A stretch of 64,000 nucleotides of DNA from Octopus sinensis. Taxonomy: Eukaryota. The stretch is taken from positions 26,473,360 to 26,537,359 of the forward strand of contig NC_043019.1 of assembly GCF_006345805.1 (NCBI RefSeq), in the 5' to 3' direction. Of the stretch, positions 14,461 to 41,500 are shown one piece after another. Below the pieces are notes generated by a model. That model saw only the letters and a program-made list of their open reading frames with translations, was not told where the DNA came from and searched no databases. Position 1 is the stretch's first letter. The number at the start of each line of letters is the position of its first letter. Position numbers and translations under genes: made by a program.

Positions 14461-17400
14461 CGGAGTGTTTAAAAACTCAAAGGTGCATAAAACATCCCCA
14501 ACAAAGCCCCAAAACGAGAGGAAGAATGTCATACTTCACACTAGTTTTCAGGTGTTCGGGTGAGCATCCAGGCGAACACATTCCATAACCTCTGCGAAAG
14601 GCTGAAAGGGACTAAACAATATTTGAAACCCAAAACACTGGACAAACGTCACTGATATTGTAACGTTATGATAGCAATATGGGAATTAAATGATTGCAAA
14701 ATTCATTTTAAACACGCATACGAACAAACGAGCGCGCAAACATACATGCACTTACGTACCTGTATACACACACGCACACATACATTCAGCACAAGGCCTG
14801 GAATTTTCGCGGAGTGGGTTAATCAATTACATGGATCTGAGTGCTTAACTGGTACTTAATTCATTAACTCCCGAAGGATGAAAGCAAAGTCGAATCGGGC
14901 GACATTTAAACTCGGGTTCATCCATCCGTCCGTCCTTCTGTTCCTCACCCCGAAATTTTCTAGAAATACTTTTCAAATTGTGTAGATTAAGGGATTGGGC
15001 CACTAACCTATTTCTTTACTACCCACAAGGGGCTAAACACAGAAGGAACAAACAAGGACAGACAAACGGATTAAGTCGATTACACTGACCCCAGTGCGTA
15101 ACTGGTACTTATTTAATCGACCCCGAAAGGATGAAAGGCAAAGTCGACCTCTGTCATCGTTGGCAGCTCGCCTCACCGAGGTAAGTGATGCTCGTGGGGG
15201 CGCTTGTCTTTCCCAACGCCTTAGCCATCGCCCGTGGTAATGTCGTGAGCTGGCTTGCTTTCGTTAGCTTCCGTTGAACCTTGTGATGTGCGACTATTTG
15301 AAGCACTTGGTGCTGCATTGTTTTTTTTCTTCTTCTTTTTCTTGCTTCTCATTTTCTCTCTCTCCCATTCCCTCCCCCCACCTTTTTGCCCTTTTCATTG
15401 TCTTTCTTTTGGCGGAATCACGACTATTGTTTAGGATTTGTATTTCAATAAATCCTGGGTTCGATTTGTTCGACTAAAGGTGGTGCACCAGCATGGCCGC
15501 ATTCACATGACTGAAACAAATAAATAAAAAAAAAAAAAATTATGCCGTTTTAATCCCGAGCAACGCCGGGTATCTCTGCAATAAAACTCCTTTTAGCAGC
15601 AAAGTCGATCTTGGCAAGATTTGAACACGGATCTTTGAACACTATTTCGTACTACTAAACTAGAGATTGGTAGCCAGACCAGCGTGTTTTACTACCCCGT
15701 CTCTGTTTAACACCATGTCTATTAAATATTATATTAAATATTGTTAGACCAATTTATAACACACACACAAATAAACAGACGGAACGGGAAAATGTATATA
15801 TGTGATATGTATATATAGCGCCGACCCCATTAAGATTAATATTACTTTATTGGTAAAAGAAGCAAAACATTTCCTGACATTTCCTAGCGAGTTCCTAAGG
15901 GAATTTTACGATTTGCTTAAGCGTTTAAAGGTTTTAAGACATGCAAAGCTTCAATCGTTCATAGACATTGTCAGTGACAGTTTCAATAAACAAGCCGTCA
16001 AAGGTCATAGTGTTAAATCGCTTCTCGGCTTTTCCACGAAGATCAAAAATGTAGTCACAGTATTAAACAATTACCACTTCACATACAGCTGACATCTGTA
16101 GGTGACTGGGCCGTTTGATGATCATAGAAGTCTACTGGTCATAAAAAGTGGACGGTTCGTATTCCGTCAGTGGTGCCCAGCTGTGTTTTGTCCATGGCGA
16201 AGACACTTCACCAATATTAGTGTAATACAGTATGGAAACCATAGTGTGTTAAGTAATAAGGCACTAAAAGAGAATGATCCCCTAGACACAATAAAGTACC
16301 GGACCAGTTAGTCGGCAAGCTTGGGACCGGAAGTGGTCCGGGTTTCTGGGTTTTCCGATTTTCTGGAGGCAACCTAAATATATACTTAGAATATAAAATA
16401 AACTAGGAAAAGTAGACAGCTTATTTATATTAAACAGATTCAAACTAAAGCATTTCTAAAACAGGGTTATTTTTAAGGGGAATGTTAGAGATTAAATATA
16501 TTATTCTGGGTTAGTAGTGTATTAATTTAGCAATTGAAAAGTGTTTTAGAAGTGTATTAATTTATACCTGTATCTGTTATATTTTAGAAAAATATGGAGA
16601 TTATGATTCTGAAAAAAAAAAAAAATTGTAAAATTTCAATATTTCAAAAAATAAATAAATAAATAAATAAACAGCCCCATCTCCTCCGCCCTATGACAAG
16701 AAGTGTAAAGTGTTTTCTCTACTAATGTTTCACGCATGCATAGAATTATAAAATAGCAGGCGCAAAAAGTATCTAAACAGAAAACCTGGACATGTTAGAA
16801 ACACGGTTTCAAAATTCTAATACGAATTAGAAAAGAAGAAAAAAATTTCAGAACTTAAATCCCCTCCCTCCCCGTAATTTCTTTATTTTTCTATTTTAGA
16901 CATATTTTGGGGCGAAATACGTAGAAAAATACGGATATTATGATTCTAAAAAACATTGTTTGTAAAATTTCAGTTTTTCAAAAAAGAAAAAAAAACCCAA
17001 AAACCCCGCCCCTCCCCTCCATCCTATGACAAAAACCACCTTGTGTTTTATACATTCTTTACCGGGTTCCTACCACCACAATAACCCCTCTCCCCACCCC
17101 ACCTTTTTTTTCTGAACAGAAATATGGGGTTTGTGGCACATTAGGAGGTCAGATTACTTGATTCCCTGCGAAAATCCGAGGTTCTTTCTTTTCCTTAGTG
17201 AAACGTGTGCAGGTGAACTTCCCAAAATTTACCCAAACTTCTAAACCCAACCCTTCTTTCACAGAGTTTCACCATTTCAATGAAATTTTCTCCCACTGAT
17301 TTTTTCCCGAATTTGTTGTGTCTCATTAGATGACACAACAACATATAACATCAAAAGTACTGACAAGTAAATATTTATTTAATAACGAACCATGTAATCC

Positions 17401-17719
17401 GCACTTTCGAAGACGTATTTCTGTGAAATGTTGGAGACGGGGTGGGTAAAATTTTCGAGAGTTCCACCCCATCTCAGCCCCCATTTCCCGGACAAAAAAC
17501 GTTTTTTTTTGTGGCATATTCAGAGGTCACCGATTATCAAAAGTGGTGATAGTTTAGGTGATGTTTCGGTGACAGTGTAGTGCTACTAACATCATTTTCG
17601 GCGATATTCGAGTCTATCGTGTCTTCTACTGTAACCTCGGGCCGCCCGAAGCCTTGTGAGTGGATTTGGTTGACCAAAACTGAAAGAAGCCCATCGCATG
17701 CATGCATACATACATACAT

Positions 17720-17750
<31 letters not shown>

Positions 17751-17784
17751 TACATACATACATACATAAATACATACATACATT

Positions 17785-18131
17785 CTACAATGTCTTGTAC
17801 AAAATTGGCAACTAAAATCTTTACCGGCAATAGCCGGCTGTAGTTGTAACTGGGCTTCATGTACCTTTGCATGTCGTTTAAGTCCTCCTGCCAAATTACA
17901 CTCTCTTCCACATGCCCGACAGATATGATTAGTATGGTGTGTTACCCCACCACTAGTGGCCAGGTTGTCACTCATCTGTCTCGCTTTATGACTACGAAGA
18001 TGACACTTGAGTCCAGCTTTACTGAAGCAGGGTCTTGCACAGACACTACATGTCAGCATCATAGGAAGACCCTTCCCATCTGGAAGTGTAACAGCGATGC
18101 CCTTCCTGACACCCCTCCTTACTTTCTCAGC
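17785..18131 (-). mobile_element. Fragment with tandem C2H2 zinc fingers, probably the C-terminus of an RTE-type LINE ORF
   Basis: CSVCARPCFSKAGLKCHLRSH, CRACGRECNLAGGLKRHAKVH and a truncated CQFCTRHC, preceded by a basic stretch; bounded by (CATA)n on both sides. Confidence 0.55.
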
Positions 18132-18231
18132 TAGACATACATACATACATACATAATTGGAGCATACATACATAATTGAATATATATATTCATATCTATG
18201 CACGTGTATTTGTGTCTGTGTTTGTCTTCCC

Positions 18232-19566
18232 CCCTCAGCTATAGCCCAAAAGTGGTGTGGGAGGAAGTTATCCTTGTTGGGAAGGGCGGAGGTTGCACAG
18301 GTGTTCATAGCATCTGTGATAACCTACCGCCTAACCGTCGTGCTTTGCCCCGGTTTGTGGCTTATCAAATTGGAGCGGATCCTTTTCCACTTTTTGTGGG
18401 GAAGTAAAACTCCACTTGTGAGGCGCCCCATCTGTTGCCAGCAACCGTTAAAGGGTGGGGCTGGGGATACCCTGGCTAATGATGCACAAGTACGCGCTGA
18501 GGCTGAGACATCTCCGGTGCTACCTGGATGGTGAGCAGGTGTGGTCAACGCATGCCGAGTAACTCTTTCCAAAGTTAAAGTCCCTGGTGGACTTAGGTGC
18601 ATGGTTCAAGCGGAGACCCAAGTTGAGGGAATGGCAGGAGGAGTGCAAACAAGCACTTTCCCTCTTCTCTCGAGTGAACAACGCTGACAGCAGGGTTACC
18701 ACAGCGGGTTTTTATAGCGGGTTGCGAACAGGTTGGTTTGCTACCTCCTATCGAAGCCTAGAGTCCCTCCCGCCAGGACATCGTCGGACTTCTGCTCTAC
18801 CAACCCGCTATAAAAATCCGCTGTGGTAACCCTGCTGTCAGAATTTCTGGATAATTTTCAGAAATCCTTGACCTGGTTGTGCTACCGATCGGCCTTACCG
18901 GTTCGGGGAAAGGTCGTTAAGGCATGGTTATGATCCCTCCCCCCACGTGTCCGAGGTGCGGGCGTGCCAGTGAAACGGTCACGCACGCCTTCGTACACTG
19001 TGGGGAATTGAGGGAGTTGATGGCCTATGCCGAACAGCTGATGTCGGATGCAGAAAGAGTACGGCTCTAGACTGAGTCCCTGATAAAGATTGTACCACCT
19101 TCTTCTTTCTCCAAAAAAAGAGAAGGCCGTATTTCTCTGCGTAATAACCATATTGAAAGACGTGGTATGGAAGACGCGAGTGAAAGGGTTTGCGACAAGC
19201 CAATTCATCTCCGAACGTGGGCTGGTGGATTACTTCGTCGCCCATCTTTCCAGCACGATCCGTCTGGAGAGGAGGAGCCTGCCGCAAAGAGTATTTGGAA
19301 AAAAATGGACGAAAGATGAGAATGCAAGGAGCCGTGCTGACAAGGTCGGTCCGAAAAAATACCGAAAGGAAATCAACCTATGGGTTAGTTCACTAACCCG
19401 AACCCTGCAAATAGTAATGATTTAACATCTTAATTTTTAACTTTATATCATTCGGCATTCATATCCATAAACTCATTCGTGTCTAATCTGTTGTAAGAGT
19501 GTGTCTGACCCTTATGTGTCCTTGTTCGTCCCCCCTATGTATCCTTTTTATAAGGAATAAAGAAAA
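18232..19566 (+). mobile_element. 5'-truncated, degenerate Tx1/L1-clade non-LTR retrotransposon (ORF2 C-terminus)
   Basis: RKLSLLGRAEV...FLWG...PLKGG post-RT region, CPRCGRASETVTHAFVHC zinc knuckle near 18950, AATAAA and A-rich end at 19554-19566, frameshifts. Confidence 0.8.
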
Positions 19567-20197
19567 TCTGTGTTTGTCCCCTACCACCACTTGACAACCG
19601 GTGTTAGTGTGTTTGCGTCCCCGTAGAATAGCGGTTCGGCAAAAGAGACCGATAGAATAAATAGCAGGCTTAGAAAATAAGCACTGGGTTCGATTCATTC
19701 GACTAAAAATACAAGTCGGTGCCCCGGCATGGCCGCAGTCTAATGACCGCAACAAGTAAAGAGATAAAAGATATACACACACATTCGCGTGTATTCTTAT
19801 TCTATTTTATATACTTGTATAATTCATTTGTATTTGTAATGACAGATTCTGAATGTATTTTGTCCAAAACATAAAAATCTGAAGACAAAATTTTGTTGTT
19901 TAAAGAAATAAAAATATAAAAAGTGGAGGTCATTTTTTAAAAAACTTTTTCTGGTTATTTAAAAATAACCAGAAAAAGTTTTAAAGCAAAGTTATGTCCC
20001 CTTATTCTCTAAGCCTTACCAAAATCATTCAGCAGATAGTTACATATAACGCAATTAGAAAAAGATATAATTAAAATCAAAATGTGTTGATTATTGTTTT
20101 ATTATTTTTATAAATTAAAATTAAAACCAAGATTTTAAAAGTAATTTGTTTTAAATAAATGTTTACAGATATATTTTATGTTTCTTTTGACCAAAGG

Positions 20198-20216
20198 GAT
20201 GGCGGCGAAATATTAA
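20198..20216 (+). promoter_or_regulatory. YY1-like GATGGCGGC motif overlapping a 5-codon upstream ORF (MAAKY*)
   Basis: GATGGCGGC at 20198-20206; ATG GCG GCG AAA TAT TAA at 20199-20216, ending 48 nt before the TMEM50 ATG. Confidence 0.35.
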
Positions 20217-20264
20217 CTGCTGCTCGGTATTGTTTGTATATTTTGTGAGGAAAGTCTGTCAAAC

Positions 20265-35206
<14,942 letters not shown>

Positions 35207-35950
35207 AGAACAGACAGAGGCATCAGGATGCCCGTTCTTTCCTATCTCTCTCCAGTCTTTCAATAGGGAAGCGTTTGAAAAAAAAAAAAACAATCTATCT
35301 GGTGACAAGATCTTACTTTATTTATATTTCTTTACAATAATGTCTGCCATAAAAAACAAAAAAAAGCCTTTCTAATTAATTATATACATAATTCTTCATC
35401 TTCTTAATTGCTTTGTTTGTTAACCCCCCCCTCTCCTCCACCCCCCATCTTGCAAACTGGCTCTGTCTGCTACAAGAGCTATTAACAGTTCTGTATTCTC
35501 TTCTCTTACAAACATCACCTTAATCTCATTCATCATGTTTTTCTATGCTTATAATGATAATACACAACTGTTTAATAATAATAATAATAATAATAATTGC
35601 TATTTAAAACATTCGTCACCCCCCAAACAAAACAAAAGAAAAATCAAAAATTGTATTTATTATAATAAATGCCTTGTGGTGTTATATCTCTTTACATTCT
35701 GAATTTTAATCCCACCGAAGAAGACTACCATTCATCCTTCTGAGGTCTATAAGAGTAATTAGCCATTAAATACTGGGCTAGATTATAGTTGACTAATTAG
35801 TTAATGAGATGGACATAGCATAGATAATAGAACAGAGAGGATTAGCCTAATTGCAGTATTAAAACTCACGTTACACATTTCCGAGTTCAAATCACACAGG
35901 AAGCCGTTAACTTAAACAGGATCGACTCCACGGGATTGTGACTAGATTTA

Positions 35951-36164
35951 TTAACCCCTTTAGCACTCGGATTATTCTGCGAAATGGAGCACTTATTCCT
36001 TCGCATTGTTTTGAATTGACCGCACGTTCTCTTCTAGCTTTGAAATTTCAGTGATGTGATTAGTTTATCTTTAGAATGACATTGTAGGGTAGGTGTGAGA
36101 GGCTGGATCTGGCCAGTTTGAACAGGTAGAATATTTTGGCAGGTTTAAATGCTAAAGGGGTTAA
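35951..36164. mobile_element. piggyBac-like MITE (TTAA-CCC...GGG-TTAA); related copies at 28384-28614, 39048-39275, 44185-44404, 54189-55152 (interrupted), 59331-60330
   Basis: TIR CCC(C)TTTAGCA / TGCTAAAGGG(G) with TTAA duplication and a shared interior. Confidence 0.75.
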
Positions 36165-37137
36165 TTAATTGACCAAGAACAAAAGGAGTTGTCAGCAGTT
36201 ATTGGAGCACCAGACTAGATGCCTTTAGTTAGTGTCACCTCTGCTTCCTGTCCTAATTCTAAATACATCCAGGATAGTGAAATGATAGAAATACAAAAGC
36301 CTATAATTTGTAACTCCATTCCAATAATTAACCTTGTTGTTTGACTTGTGAGACATAGCAGCTAAATCTCCCTCAGATCACACCCTAGTAATTTTAAAAA
36401 AGAAAAAAAAAAAGGGACACATTGAATAATGTAGATATATACAATTCTAATTAGGGAGTCCCCTGTCCTTAATTCACCCAGAACATTCTCAATATTTGCA
36501 ATGGTCTTTTCTGCTAGTTGATGGGGCACGTTGAGAAGTTCCTGTTTATTTTTATACAAGGACGTAAAAGAAGTGAAATTATTACAACTGGGATGACACA
36601 ATCAGGTTACAGACTCAGCTCACCAAATTATTCCATTATATACGTGTATATGTATATATGTATATATCTTTTGGCTGACAAAGTGTTTGCTTTAGTTGAT
36701 GGCAACAACCATGGTGAGCTTTTCAAAGGTTGTGTTGTTGTGGTATGAGCTGAGTCTGTGACCTAGTTTGTTATTCCTGGTGTTATCTTACAAAACCAAC
36801 CATTAACATCTTATCTTCTCATTTCTCCAGTCAAAAAAAAAAAAAAAAAAAAAAAAATCCCACTCTGGCCTATTTTTGTCTAAAATCAGAATCAACCCTA
36901 TTGACCTGTGGTCAAATTTCTTTTAGACAAAACATACCCCTGGCCTCTCCCTTTCTCATCACTGGATCAATATAAATGATATACCTTGCAAGCAGTCTCC
37001 ATTAAACACAAATATTTTACCTCAGTTTTTTTTTTTCCCATCATTTCATTGTAAATAAATAAAGTGGAAAAGTATGCATACTTTTGTTTATTTTTATATA
37101 TAACAGTTTTGTTATGTATAAAATCTGTCTATATATA

Positions 37138-37325
37138 CAGTAATCCCTTGCCATATTGCAGTCTGCCTATCGTGGATTATAACTTAAGCTTACGCCGAGT
37201 CCTCCGTGGTGTAGTTTTGCATTTATAATTTAAAAAATATACAATACAGTAGTTTTTACTTCATGGATTTTCACCTATTGCAGGGGCTTTGGAACCTAAC
37301 ACCTGTAATAGTTGAGGGATTACTG
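37138..37325. mobile_element. Tc1/pogo-like MITE
   Basis: TIR CAGTAATCCCT / AGGGATTACTG flanked by TA. Confidence 0.75.
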
Positions 37326-37486
37326 TATATATATACATATATATTACTGTATATATATATATATTTTGTTGAGGAATAATTCAGGAGCAATTTTTCAAAT
37401 CTAAAAATGCATGCAGAAATAAAATGTTTGATGTTATTTGAAAGATAATTTTTTGCTCTACAGATAATGTTTCGATTTTTGTGTAT

Positions 37487-37790
37487 TTTCAGATCATTAA
37501 AATGGAATGTCAAGTGGACAAAATAGCATTTTTGACACCATTTGCTTTTTGCATTTAATCAAGGTGTTAAGGCTGCAGAAGCTGCTCATGAGATTTGTGC
37601 TGTGTATGGATGGAGAAAGAGCAATGCCTCAAAGTGCTGCCCACTGTTGGTTTTCACAATTCAAAAATGAGAATTTTGACCTCAAGAATGGATCACATGC
37701 CGATCGACCAATTGAGTTTGATGAAGAGCGATTGAATCAGCTTCTTCACAAAAATCCACGTCAAACGACCAGAAAATTGGCAGAGCAGAG
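37487..37790 (+). mobile_element. mariner transposase 5' remnant (HTH region)
   Basis: MECQVDK...LLFAFNQGVKAAEAAHEICAVYG...WFSQFKNENFDLK...RPIEFDEERLNQLLHKNPRQTTRKLAEQ with frameshifts. Confidence 0.8.
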
Positions 37791-37821
37791 GGATGAAAAA
37801 AAAAAACAACTGTGGTGAACC

Positions 37822-38078
37822 ACCTTCACTCAATGGGCAAGGTTCATTGAACTCAATTTGTCGATTGGTGTGTGAGGAGTCCTTGCAGTCAAAATTTCCA
37901 TTTTTGAAGTGCAAAGCAACAGTGGGTGGTACTTTGAGGCATTGCTCCTTCTCCATACACAACACAAATCTCACTAACAATTTTGGCGGCTTTAACACTT
38001 CAATTGAATGCAAAAAGCAAATGGTATTGAAAGTGCTCAATTTTGTCCACTTGACATTCCATTTTAATGATCTGAAAA
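37822..38078 (-). mobile_element. Second mariner 5' remnant, inverted relative to the first
   Basis: reverse complement of the same AGATCATTAAAATGGAATGTCAAGTGGACAAAAT start. Confidence 0.8.
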
Positions 38079-38255
38079 TACATTGGCCGCAGTCAAAGGA
38101 CTGAAACAAGTAAAAAAAATGAATGATATATATACATGCACACACACATGTAGATACATATATTCACATCATACACACAAAAAAAACATGAAGTCTTTGA
38201 AAGGAATGAAAATATAAAACTTTTACTTGAAATAAATACTAAATCCATCGTTGTG

Positions 38256-38501
38256 TCAAAGTGACACCTGCTGGTTGATGGTATTGGATAGGTGTGTATG
38301 AGAGTGTGCAAGGCTGTGTCTGTCAGCGTCAATGGTAGAATTAATACATGTATCACCATCTCCTTTCTTCTCTTGTTCTGTTCCATTACATTGGCCATTG
38401 ACCATATTAGATGTGGACCCTCCACAGCAAGAACCTGAAGTCTGACAGCAGCCATTGTCTCCTGCTGTTTCTACTTTTAAAGCTGACAATTTTTCCTCCA
38501 T
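38256..38501 (-). CDS. CTU1: CTU1 probable last coding exon ([28 protein letters not shown]...QQVSL*)
   Basis: First phase-0 compatible ttgcAG-flanked open exon I found downstream of exon 14. I recognise no homology, so support is only splice signal and open frame. Confidence 0.7.
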   Translation of the reverse strand: MEEKLSALKVETAGDNGCCQTSGSCCGGSTSNMVNGQCNGTEQEKKGDGDTCINSTIDADRHSLAHSHTHLSNTINQQVSL

Positions 38502-41500
38502 CTGCAATTTCAACATGAAAACAAAGATGCATTTAAAAAAAGAACTTCAGGAAACAACTTATTAAAAATATGTCATATACCTCGTCTGGCACCTGTGCCA
38601 GTGGCACGCAAAAGCACCTGCTACACTCACAGAGTGGTTGGCGTTAGGAAGGGCATCCAGCCGTAGAAACATTGCCAGATCATACTGGGCCTGGTGCAGC
38701 CCTCTGGCTTCCCAGACCCCAGTTGAACCGACCAACCCATGCTAGCATGGAAAGCGGACGCTAAATGATGATGAATAATACAAAAAATAATAAAAAAGAG
38801 AGAAAAAGATTCCTGGATTTGCTTTAATCTTTTAGAGGCAAACCTACAGAAGGCAACCTTTCTATGTGACACACAAAAGAATGATGACAATCAATATCAT
38901 TTTCCCATGCTGGCATGAGTCAAACAACTTGATAAGTGTTGGCAAGCTGGAGAGCAACAGTATGCTCCGGTTGTCTGTTTTGAAATGGTTTTTATGATTG
39001 GATTTCCTTCCTAACACCAACCACTTCACATCGTGTATTGGGTGCTTTTAACCCTTTAGTGTTCAGATTATTCTGTCAGATGTGATATTTGTTTATTTAT
39101 ATTGTTTTGAATTAATCATGTATTATCTTGTAATTTAGAGATTTCAGTGATGCTATTTTTTAGTTTTAGAATGACATGGTAGGGCTGAGGTGAGAGGCGA
39201 GAGCTGGTCAGTTTCAATATAAAACAGGTTAAATATTTTGGCCGGATATGGCCGGTTTGAATGCCAAAGGGTTAATGTGGCACAAACATGAGGGCTTTTA
39301 ATGTGGCATCAGTACAGGTGCTTCTAACAATGTTAATGATGTTATTGAAAATTTTGTAAAACAAAATGTCTTAAAAGTCTTTTATGGATCTTTATCATTT
39401 TTTTTTTTACGCTGTTAATTGAGTTTAGCAGTTGAGATATGTGTGGGTTTGATTTCTGGCGGAACAATGTGTCCTTCAGCAAGACACTTTATTTCATGCT
39501 GCTCTAGTCCACTCACCTAGCAGAAGTGAGTGGTACCTGTATTTCTAAGGACCGACCCTGGCAGAATTTGAACTCGGAGCATAGTGACGGGCAAAATACT
39601 GCTAAGCATTTTGTCCTGTGTGTTAATGACTCTGCCAGCTCACCTCCTTAGTAATTAATAATAATAATAATAGTTTCAAATGTTTTGGGTGCGGATAAGT
39701 CAATTACATCAATTTGTTTTACTGACCCTGAAACGACCTTGGCAGAATTTGAACTTGGATCAGAAAGGCAGACAAAAATGTTACTAAGCATTTTGCCTGG
39801 TGTGCTAACAAGTCTGCCAGCTCCCTACCACCTTAATAATAATAATCATCATCATCATCATTTAACGTCCGTTCTCCATGCTAGCATGGGTTCGACCAGG
39901 GATCTGGGAAGCCAGAAGGCTGCACCAGGCTCCAGACTTATCTGGCAGTGTTTCTACAGTTGGATGCCCTTCCTAACGCCAACCACTCCGTGAGTGTAGT
40001 GGGTGCTTTTTACGTGCCACCTGCACAGGTGCCAGGCGAGGCTGGCAACAGCCACGGTCGGATTGGTGTATTTTATGTGCCACCAGCACGGAAGCCAGTC
40101 GAGGCGGCGCTGGCATCGGCCACGAGTCGGATAATAATAATAATAATAAGTTACACGCAAATGTAAGAGATCTGAAACAAAGTGAACGAATAAAGTTAAC
40201 ACTCACCTTTCGTCGTTCTTTGTGTGTTTTACCAATTCCGAGCCTGACAAAAAAAAAACCAAAAAAACACATCATGTATTGAAAGACCAGGAGAAACAAA
40301 AGAAAAATAAACCCAGTCAACCTACTGTTAACTTCTGCTTCCATTTCTGCCTAATTTATCAACAGAGAATCGAGCCATCTTACTTTCTGGGAAAGAGACA
40401 GTCATGATGTTCATCGACCACATTCAGATGGTGCTTTTTTACGAACCAGTAATATAAAGGGAGAAATTTGACAAGACAGTCAGTCACCGGCTGACACTCG
40501 CTGACGATACATCGAAGAGGCCAGGGAATAGAAGAAAGAAGACATGCACCCAACACCAGAGCTGAAGACACCTCCGAAAGGTGGGGGCCCCCGCCACGTC
40601 AAAACGGTAGAGGAGTAGGGGCCGAAACCGGACGTGGTTCCTTCTGATGATGTCTTGAGCTAACTGGATCCTATAAAGGAGCTGTTGTGGTAGCAGACCA
40701 CGAAACACGGTCGTAATTCCCCTAGATCATAGATGCATAGTTGGAAAGGAGTCCAGCAGTTTTGCTCCAGTTGAATGGATTGTCTCCGGTGCGTATTAGG
40801 AAGGCTGGCGTTGTCAAAGTCCATCGTGCTAGCAAGGATCAGACAGAGTTCTGTGGCTGGATGTCCTTCCTGTCACCAACCCTTGTTTTCAAGAAAGCTA
40901 ATATTCCCCCACGGCCAGACATGTTTTCCTAGAATATAGGGGAAATGAATAACATTTGTTTATCACAAGGACACACCCACAGATACATAATGGCCTTTCA
41001 GTTCCTTTCTACCGAATCCACTGTCCCCTGCTACTGCTTGACAACCAGTGTTGGTGTGTTTATGTTCCCACAGTTTAGTGATTTGACAAGAGAGACTGAT
41101 AGAGGCTTAGAAAATAAATGCTGGGATCAATTCATTCAGCTAAAAATTCCTCAAGGTGGTGCCCCAGCATGGCCACAGTCTAATGACTGAAACAAGTAAA
41201 AGATAAAAGATATATTTGTGGGTGTGTGAAATGGACACTACTTTAATATTAATGAATAGTTGTCCAAAGGGTCTAGTGCTGTTCACAAATGTCCATTTCC
41301 TTGGGTTGAAGAAAGGTTTTGCAAGTAAAATTCAAAAGGGTCTGCTAAAGGGGTTGCTCTCTTTTTTTAAGGGGTTGGTAGATTTACTGTGGGTCTAATT
41401 CAGCATCACTACTCAACCCATGGGCCCTTTTATTGGGGTCCACACAGTTGTAAGTATACGGGCCATGTCCCTTTCTTTCACCAGTGTCAGAGTATCTGAA

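Noticed and set aside
2522-14563. Long ORFs (up to 430 aa) of 39-residue repeats
   Set aside because: The unit is 117 bp (divisible by 3) and happens to be stop-free in several frames. Frequent indels and the 7-bp insertion variant break the frame, and there are no splice signals or recognisable domain.
15152-15420. GC-richer segment with a strong GAG|GTAAGT donor, interrupting a SINE
   Set aside because: No open frame or acceptor was found and I cannot assign a family; it could be a non-coding exon or retroelement scrap.
15555-15580. Helitron 3' hairpin (CCCGAGCAACGCCGGG)
   Set aside because: The terminal CTAG is absent and I found no matching 5' end.
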